The notes under the pieces are model-generated. The model was not told the DNA's origin. It was given only the letters and a program-made list of their open reading frames with translations, and did not search any database. This document shows positions 55,251 through 64,000 of a stretch of DNA of 64,000 nucleotides, piece by piece. Origin of the DNA: the human T2T-CHM13v2.0 reference genome, Homo sapiens; the NCBI RefSeq assembly GCF_009914755.1, contig NC_060942.1; one strand, written 5' to 3'. Each line of letters opens with the position of its first letter. Within the stretch, counting starts at the first letter, position 1. The position numbers were made by a program, and so were the translations under genes.

Positions 55251-55749
55251 TATTTTAAACTCTTAAATTTCTATATTATAGTAGATGTGTTATAAAGATA
55301 AAAGAGAGTCATAATATTGCTAGCTGATTGTATGTATAGTACAGCTAGATTGCTGTATGCATTGGTGAAAATGTCAAAATGGAATAATGGAAACAATAAT
55401 AGCAAAAATGTCCCATGCAGGGGAAAGGGTTCCTCTTCTTTGCACGGGCTTTTATTTTTTTCCAGCCAATGACAATCTAATAACAAGCTAATAGCTAACA
55501 TATTTCTAATACCTCTCCCCAAACAAGGCCACAGAATTTTGTACCTATTATTTCATAAATCTCCAGATTTCTCTGAGCTTTGAAGAAACTATGTATTATT
55601 ATATTCACTTTGCTTTCCAGAATCAAGACACAAAGAAGGAAAATATATATTCTAAGAAAAACAGCAAGATGACTAGAGGGCTTAAACTTCATCTCACAGA
55701 GTCTGTGATTTTTGTTTGTTAGTTTAGGATTTGTTTTCACACGATGTCC

Positions 55750-55905
55750 ACATAGTTCCTGAAATTTGTAGAACGATAGCATCAGTATTACCTGGGAATC
55801 TATTAAAAATTAGAGTCTGAACCAGACCTGCTGAATCATCACCTGCATTATACCAAAATATCCAAATGACATGTACGCTCACTGAAGTTTGGCAAGTAAG
55901 GAACT
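55750..55905. mobile_element. MER5A-like MITE
   Basis: gcatcagtattacctggga, ccagacctgctgaatca, cactgaagtttg. Confidence 0.65.
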
Positions 55906-55955
55906 ATTATATATAAAAGGCCTAACAATGTTTTAAAAAATTCTCCTTACACATA

Positions 55956-56375
55956 TGTGAGGCAGACACAGAGTTGCTATTTACCAAATTAAATTCTCTT
56001 TTTTCTAAGCACTTGGAGAGATTACCTTCTCTCTTGTAGTTAGACGTGACCATGTGATAGAGTTTTGGCCGGTTATAATGGACACCAGTGATAAAGGCTC
56101 CCTTTAGTCTTAGCTCACATGACCCTGTGCTCTTTATCTCTCTCATTCTTATCTCAATGTACAGAGTGACTGGGGAAGTAAGGCACTAAAGTTAGCAGAG
56201 CCTCCACCAGCTTGGATCCCTAAACAACCATCTGGAGTAGAGGCCCTTTCCATACCTACCTCCAGAAGCCTTGGACTTCTGGAGGTGAGTGAGAATAAAA
56301 ATTACCTTGTATTAATTAAGCCATACAATTTCAGAATTGATGTGTTACAGAAGCCACTATTGCACATTTTAGAGG
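55956..56375 (+). mobile_element. Old MLT1 (I/J-like) LTR
   Basis: gtagttagacgtgaccatgtga, ttggatccct, gtgagtgagaataaa, tgttacag. Confidence 0.65.
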
Positions 56376-59300
56376 CAATCCTTACATTTTAAAAGTAGTG
56401 GCTTGAACTGTGACACTGTTAAAAGAACGCTAGATAAATAATATTAGGCTAGCTTTGGCCCTTTCTTCTGAATGAGTGCAGGCCTCGTAATTCCTTTGGA
56501 CTCTTTTCCTGTCATGTTTCTCTTTCTTCATGACTTCCTCACTCATCTATCCTTAAAATATATTATTTATGGTCTCTTAAATTCTAGAATTCTTTATTCG
56601 CTCATTATTTTCATTTTGAAAGTCAGAGAAAATTTAGAGACAAATCATTTGTTATGGTACCAGTTTTGCAGATGTACAATGAATGACCCCTGCCCTATGT
56701 TATTACTTATGAATAGCACTGGAGAAACTATGGCAATTTATAAGTGTATTAGCATGTCTTACTCATTGTTCTTTTACGGAATGAATTTAATAATTCATGT
56801 ATCTTCTCAGAATGTTTGTTTAAACATTCTTACTTATAACAGTCCTTGTTATAAGTAAGACTTTCCACTTGTGGAAAAATTAGAAATCCCCTCTGGTAGA
56901 AAAATTACCTTTTATGATTGACAGAGTTTTAATAAATGATTTATAATTAGCTCTCTGATTTCCTGTTACTACTGGTTTTCTTAAACACACCACACTTGCA
57001 GACATAGATACAAATGCAGTTCCTATATCTGAAAGAACTCTGCATTCACATGGAGAAAATGATCTGAAATGGAGGATCATTACAAACCTTTTACAAATAT
57101 TTTTCTGTAGAATAAAACCATCAAGCCAGCAGTGGCTGATTATGTACTAGACAGCTCAAGCCATTTGCCAGCCATTCACTAATAATGACATTTTATTTGC
57201 AGATGTGAAGACTTTAGTGCAAAGAAGAGAAAGGAGGTACTAATAGAAAAACATTTCAGAGTTTTCCCAAAAAATTAGAGTTTTTTAAGGAAAAGAGTAA
57301 AATTGAGTGTTAGATTATTTCTTTTATCATGTTTATTTACAAAATATACACAAACTAAAACATAAAGCAACCAGTATATTAACAGCCATAATTAGTATAG
57401 ATTTGTTCATGCTATTTAAGCTAAATTAATATAAAAATAAGAGTATTTTGAAGATTTTGAGGTTTTTTTTAATACTATGGGAGTTGCCCCATGTTTTCTG
57501 TAAATAAATTTTTAATGTAAACTTAATCCCTGTTCCAAGACTCTAAGCCCATGCTTACTTTGAGTTTCCTCATTCCACAGTCATAAAAAACTTATAAAAA
57601 TAAATAAAAATGATAGAAACATAAAACAATAAATAAATTTTACATGGAGGTTACTTGGAAATACTAGAAATATTGTTGGTCAGTCATTAAGGACTATTTC
57701 TCAAAAAGCTTCATCTTTGTTCATTTATTGGTCTACAAGGGCTAGGAACTCCAAGGATCAGGTCATACTGCAAAAAAATATACTCTTAATCATGATCATC
57801 CATTTTAGATATTTGTTATAAAAGTAAATTTACTGGATATATTGTGCCTTGGGATTCCACAGTATGAGTTATTTTGGGTTAAGTTTGAAACTGTGGGGGC
57901 TTTTTGTGTTTTTCTATTACTTAGAGGTTTATTTCTACATGAAGATGTGGCAGAAAATGTACTGGGATTTATTTTTTAAATAATCTTCAAAAAATTTTTA
58001 AGGGCTATTATTTTCATAATATTTAAGTGCTCCATTTGTGTCTTTTTATTTATCCTGCTTCATCTTATACCTTAGGATACTTAAACACATTATGTAACCA
58101 TCCAGCTTCTTTCTCTTCTTCCTTTCAGTACACCTTTCAAAGTTTTTTAAAACTCAGACACAAGTCAAGCTATCCCTGTCAGATACCAAACCCAGAATCT
58201 GCTGCCTCTTCAGAGCCTTTACCAGTTATCCCTGGCAATCCACTGCTTTTGCTTGGCTTTGCATGCCAGAATCCCGTGATTCTGGGTACCTCCTACTCAG
58301 GGTCACTCTGGATAATCTGGCCTGTGCAGACTTTTTTCTAACATCTCACATCCACCCTCACCCTACACTGCTGCCTCCTGCCTTACCAAAATATATCAAA
58401 CCTACCTCCTTCAGCAGTCATTCTTAAAGTCTTGATTCATGAGAACTTTGTGACCCTTCCACTAGAAAACTGGAAATTTTGTACAAACATACAATTCTAC
58501 TTATAATATTATTAATAAAAAGTCCACAGACTGCTTAAGGTATTTACATTGACTTCTGGTTAAAAACCTCCATTTTAAATTGTTTGACATGATTGCTTAA
58601 TTAATTCTTGCTTTTTAGCTTTCTCCCTTAATTGGAATAAACACTTGCTGCTCTGCTTGCCCTTTTGCAACTCATCTGCTCAAATAATTGGGTGGGACTT
58701 GGAGCATGGCACCCAAAAACGAAACAGTTTTGAGAATCATTTCCACCTCCAAACTCCATAAAAAATAGCCACACTGTCTACTCAAAGCCCACTACTCAAA
58801 GCCCACCACTCCACAAAGCTAAACAGACTTACCTTCTCTTCCGTTGGAGCATTTTGCTTTCCCTCATTCGGCTTATCAAAACTATGGCAACTTTTCCAAA
58901 GTGCTCTCCCTCTTCCTATATCTTTTTGTTCTCTGGTAAATTTTAAGATAGAAGCAGGGAGAAATAAATAAACATCTTTACAAGAGCAATGTAATCTGCC
59001 TGTGCTGTATTTATCCTTCAATAATCTTGGAACAAAATGGTCTGCTTGAGAGGAAATGTAAGAAACCTTAATCGGGGTTTTGGAACTTTTAAACCAAACA
59101 GTGCTGTCACAGCAATTGATGGTCTCCCATTGAAGACTTGACTCTGTGGTTGTTTTTCTTCTTCAGCAAGACATTATAAGTAAATCCCTTTGTTCATTCT
59201 TAAGATGTGAAGACACATCAGAAAAAAAAAATAAAGAGGGAAATAACATTCCTCTCTTTTCTAGGAAACTAAATAGGGATTTGTGTTTGTAATGTTTGTG

Positions 59301-59710
59301 GTTTGGCAGACCCATATCCAAAGAAGAAAAATAAGTATTTGTTAGTTTCCAAGGGAGAAACATTTGTATTAGGCAATCCAACTCATTTGTCTGAGAGAAA
59401 AGCCTTAAAGAATGTAATACATTCTTTTATGATTGAGATCCAAAAAAGAATGGGACTGAGGTCCTGGAAAGAGAATCTTGAAAGAAAAATGGAACAGATC
59501 TGAGTCCAGATACAGCCAGACTTCTCACCCCTATCCCAATATAGGTAACAAGCTTTGTTTGTGACCCAGAAGGGCCCAGAGGCAGTAAACTGGGGAAAAA
59601 ATATTTTGAGGTACACCACTTGTTTACACTAGAGAACCCATTCCAAATTGCCCCACCATGTAAGGAGGTTTATCAATGTTTCCTCATTTTGTTGTCACCA
59701 TTCAGTCGTC

Positions 59711-59842
59711 TTATCACCATGTTAGGATAATTTCAGAAAAGTATTCCATTATGTTTGAAGACATAGAGAAATAGTCACTACTTAGCTATTTTATTACCAT
59801 GTTAGTATAATTTCAGAAAACTATTTCATTATGTTTGAAGAC
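59711..59842 (+). repeat. Two 52-bp direct repeats separated by 28 bp
   Basis: 59711-59762 and 59791-59842, four mismatches. Confidence 0.92.
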
Positions 59843-60004
59843 TGGACACATAATGGTTTGAGGCGGATGCCTAAGTTTCCAAAATGTGTGGACATAATTT
59901 GATAAATTGATGTCTTATTCTAGCAATCAAAATAATGAATACATCTTTTATATGTACTATATTTTAAGAAATGTACTAATGTAATTTCTACTATTATTTC
60001 CAAT

Positions 60005-60210
60005 TCAAACAAATATTTTGAATTAGTAACGTGTGGTAGGCATGGTGTATGCTATGGGCATGTACTACTTCTAATTCTGACAAGGGAGTACCTTGAGATA
60101 GGTATTATTATTTTCATTCAGACTGATGAACTTATGATTCCTAGGGTTAATTAATTTGCCAAGGGTCAAACAGCTATTAAGCTGAAGAGCTGTGGTTTAA
60201 ATCAATGTAC
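60005..60210 (-). mobile_element. MIR
   Basis: gataggtattattattttcatt.cagactgatgaac..gggttaattaatttgccaagggtca.acagct core. Confidence 0.75.
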
Positions 60211-60667
60211 ATGTGTGATGCTTATTTCTACAGATAGTTAGATGCTTGTATGTCATATTGATTTTTCACCTCCAAATGAAGCATCTACTCAAGCTGTTAA
60301 GATGGAATTATCATTGTTGATAGCTCACACACTTTAAACCTCATCATATTTTATTCTTAGAACTGACCAACTTAAGTAACTGGATATTTATGTGGTTGTA
60401 CTTCTCTTGCTCATCCCCGCGGACTGGGTACATGAATATAAGCCAGTTTTATCTCATGTTTAAGAATCAGACTCTTTGTCTTCCCTATTCCTTATAAGGA
60501 TTTTTTAAAAAGAGACAATATTATTCTTAGAAAGGTACCATCATATGACTGGAGTTGGGCAATCTCATTGAGCAGAATTATAGTAGGTGGCTTATGGCCA
60601 TCTCCTGTAAATACCACCTTCCAAACAGAATCTTAAGCCTAAATTCCAAATCCTAAGTCTTCTTAAT

Positions 60668-61530
60668 TGTAAACTAAAAGTAAAATTATAAACTCCCTGC
60701 AGCTGACTGAATGGATCCCCGCTTGGCCAAGTGAATCCCAGAGAAACTTTAAAAACTGAATTTCTGGTGATGATGGGACAGAAGAAAAGACACTCCTAGT
60801 TACAACTCCCTCCCTTTTGTGGTTTAGACATAACTGACCGTAATTAATGTTAAAATACAGAAAAGACCGACAGACTGGACCAAGCCTATATCAGGCAAGG
60901 GATAAGTCATACCCCTTGCACTTAAAGAATGAATTATGTTCTAATCGCCACAAGGTATTTTCCCCCTTTTTCTGTGCTAAACAAGCACTGGACTTGAGAT
61001 AATCAATCTTGAAACAGCTGCACTTGCCAACCAGCAGTTACTGACAAACTGAGGCCCCTGTTCCAAAAGCCATAACTATAGCTTCAACTGGACAAGAGAC
61101 AAATCAGTCTCTTGAAATCACAGTAACTTCCTCCTGAGAAGACCACCAAACACGGACTGGTTGTGGCCAGTTTACAGAGGCTGTACACTTGAGTGCCTTT
61201 TTTGTCCTGAAAATATCTTTTGACACATAGGGTCTAACTGTAATACATTTGAATGTTAATTCTCCACTCAAAGTTGAACACAGAATGCATGTAACATGTA
61301 GCTTGCTTAACATTCAGGCACATTACCCCCTTTTCATGAATCTTCACAGCTCTTCCTATATCCTGTTGAATATGTATACTAGGCCAAACCATTCAGCTTA
61401 AATTCCTATTACCCCTCCCTTCCTTGAAGTGCTTGCTTTCTGTATTTAGCCAGAGGCTGTGTTTCCTGCCTAAAGGTTGTAATCCTTCTTAAGAAATAAA
61501 GCCCTCCTTTTAAAATTTTTGAGTTGATAC
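60668..61530 (+). mobile_element. MER49-like ERV1 solo LTR
   Basis: tgtaaactaaaagtaaaatt start, caggcaaggg.taagtca, aagaaataaag; 3' boundary approximate. Confidence 0.82.
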
Positions 61531-61544
61531 ATTTCCAGATTTTT

Positions 61545-61810
61545 AAATTTTGTTTTGTTTTGTGTGACAGGGTCTCACTCTGTCACCCAGGCTGGAGTGT
61601 AAAGGCTGCATCATAGCTCACCACAGCCTTGAGGTCCTGGGCTCAAGCAATCCTCCTCCTCCCTCAGCGAGTAGCTATGACTACAGGCACGCCCTACCAT
61701 GCCAGCCTGGGTTTTTTTTTTTTTTTTTCATGACAAGGTCTTGCTATGTTGGTCCTGGCCTCAGCTTTCCAAAGCACTGACATTACAGGTGTAAGCCACC
61801 TTGCCCAGCC
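61545..61810 (-). mobile_element. AluJ with an internal deletion in the left arm
   Basis: gacagggtctcactctgtc and ctgggctcaagcaatcctcc; roughly 45 bp missing after gctatgttgg. Confidence 0.88.
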
Positions 61811-62534
61811 TAAATTTCCAGTCTTCAGCCACCCACCCCTTCCTTCATTACTCATAACTGTGCCTTTTATCTTGTTAACATCCATAACCAATGCATTGCA
61901 GAAATCTTAAACTCTAATACCAGCTGCACAACTATGTCATTCTCAACACACTTGTCCATCAAACTCAGAAACTTCCAATCCCCAGATTGCCAGGTTCTTA
62001 TCCAAGTATAATACCCACTTGGCTCTTCGTTCTTTTTTTGTTTGTTTTTTAATATTGGAATCTGTAACTGAACATTTGAACTAATCTGTCAACAATATAC
62101 TGCACTTTCTTGAAGCTTTACTATTTATTTGAAACTCTTCTGCAAAACTCTACCCATGGGTCATTTGAATCAACAGTAGAACCCCTTTTGTTTTTTGGGG
62201 GTTTTTTAAATTATTATTCCCATTACTGAATGCTTTTATATAGATTATAACTAAACTGACATTTATATAGTACCAGTAAAATTGCAATATGTTTCAATTA
62301 CAATCTTAGATGGGCCTATCAGTCATTTTACTTATTCTTATTTATCTCATTCTGTCATTCCCTTCAACTATTCCAAAAATTCACCTCTCCTCTCAAGCCA
62401 TTTCAACCTCTACCAACTTCACTCTCAGCAGACAACCTCAAATCATAATCTTTAAGTTTGTTTTCATTTTAACTTCAAATAAATCTACAACTGTTTTGAG
62501 CCCCTCAAGACTTAACTACTGTCAATCAGAATAC

Positions 62535-62898
62535 TTACTGATAACATAAACAGTTTACACTCATTTTACATTTTATATTCTATACTGTATTCTTATGATA
62601 AAGTCAGCTAGAGAAAGGAAAATGTTATTAAAATCACAAGGAAGAGAAAATACATTTACTATTTATTAAGTGGAAATGGATCATCACAAAGGTCTTCATC
62701 CTCAATATCTTCATATTCTGTAGGCTGAGGAAAAGAAGAAAGAGGAGGGGTTGGCTTTGCTGTCTCAGAGGTGGCAGAAGTGGAGGAGGTGGAAGGGGAA
62801 GTAGCAGAGACAGGAACATTCAGTGCATCTTTTGTTGAAAAAACTTCACATGTAAGAGGACGTGTGCAGTTCAAACCCATGTTTTCAAGGATCAACTG
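62535..62898 (-). mobile_element. Tigger2a-like fragment
   Basis: Ends gcagttcaaacccatgttttcaaggatcaactg followed by TA (Tigger2 TIR); ORF 62659-63003 overlaps its acidic-coding portion. Confidence 0.85.
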
Positions 62899-62909
62899 TA
62901 TATTGTTGC

Positions 62910-63650
62910 CATCCTTACCCCTGCTCCTCAGTTGGAAATATAAGCTAGTAATGCAATCTGCCTCATACTCCCGTGGTTCATTTACCAGTGCCTTTGATAT
63001 CAAGAACTCCTATCCTTTTAATTTTTTTACAGCTTTGTTCTATCAGCCCAGTTCCCTCCTCAGTTGTTCCTTTTACAACCTATAAACACATCCAAATCTC
63101 TACTTCATCTTCAAAAATAGCTCTTTTAATCGTGTACCCATTTTATGCTCCTGAACAATCTTTTTGCTTTCTCATACAAATGTCTAAAAGATGTGAGCGC
63201 ATTTTTTATTCTCACCTCACTTTCACTCAACTAACTCCAATAGTTCAGCTTCTATCACTAACATACTCCCAAAGTAGAACTTTTTAAGGTCACTAAAGAT
63301 GTCCTGATTCCTACATCCCAGGAACATATTCATCCTAATTCTACTGGATCTTGCTAACTGCATTTGCTACTTGTTCATTTCCTTCTAAGCATTTCTTACA
63401 TCCTTGGCTTCTGTGATTCTCTACTTCTGATTTTCCTTGTACTCCTCCAATAATTTCTATTCTGTCACTTAAAAAAAATGTATACTCTGCCATCTCTATA
63501 AATGCTTTTTTCTCCTGGGGTTCTGTGATCACCTGCTCTTGTATTCTGTTTGCTCTTCCTCATCTGCTCTCATGATTTTAACACTAATCTATATTGGCTA
63601 CTATTCAATTTCTATATCCACATCCTATTTCTACCCTATCTTTAGACTTA
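62910..63650 (+). mobile_element. L2 fragment
   Basis: Pyrimidine-rich; aaggtcactaa.gat, ccttggcttctgtga, ctctcatgatttta. Confidence 0.65.
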
Positions 63651-63664
63651 TATAATAAAATAAG

Positions 63665-63862
63665 TCTTAAATAGTGGTTAAGAGAGAATGTTCTTCAGCC
63701 AGATTGCATAGATTTAAATTCTGACTTCACTCCTTAGCTATGTGATTCTGAGCAAATTACTGTATATCACTGAAACTTTATTTCCTTATGTGTAAAATGG
63801 AGGTAATGGTAGTATCTGTTCAGACATTTAATATATGAATATACATAAAATGCTTAGGGTAA
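63665..63862 (+). mobile_element. MIR
   Basis: agtggttaagag..gccagattgc..agctatgtga..gagcaaattac..tgtaaaatggagg. Confidence 0.8.
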
Positions 63863-63866
63863 TATC

Positions 63867-64000
63867 TGAGGCAGGACACTTCTCCTGGTGGTGTTGGACT
63901 GACCCACTTTTCTTTCTTTTCTCACTTGTCCCTAAGAATGACTCTAGAATGTCCTGGGAATGCAAGATCCTAAGATTGGGAAGAACTGGGTGAAACAGCC
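63867..64000 (+). mobile_element. LTR47-like LTR, truncated by the window end
   Basis: tgaggcagg..ttggactgaccca..agaatgtcctgggaatgcaa.atcct.agat. Confidence 0.65.

Noticed and set aside
59711-59842. Repeat-spacer-repeat resembling a CRISPR array
   Set aside because: Only two degenerate repeats, primate DNA, no cas genes.
62659-63003. 114-aa Ser/Thr-rich acidic ORF
   Set aside because: Reads through a Tigger2 fragment and adjacent L2 sequence.

Overview
AT-rich, repeat-dense primate (human-like) genomic DNA, as shown by Alu, L1PA, THE1 and MADE1 elements. I see no host protein-coding gene; the long ORFs in the track are decayed transposon relics or chance ORFs. Main contents: (1) a ~9-kb class I endogenous provirus on the minus strand (1416-10399; two LTRs, tRNA-Pro PBS, decayed gag-pro-pol, env almost entirely deleted; HUERS-P-like); (2) a ~19-kb nested L1 stack (26.8-46.0 kb) containing a full-length L1PA that itself carries a MER51 LTR, a MADE1 and an Alu; (3) a full-length THE1 plus many solo LTRs, DNA-transposon relics, Alus, L2 and MIR fragments. 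The most unusual signal is not a repeat family. Within ~16 kb, four stretches (712, 49, ~21-25 and 23 bp) are copies of nearby local sequence inserted into L1 DNA, one of them inverted, without TSD or poly(A). This pattern fits templated-insertion DNA repair. Subfamily names come from my recall of consensus sequences, not from a RepeatMasker run, and are provisional. Identities were counted by eye.
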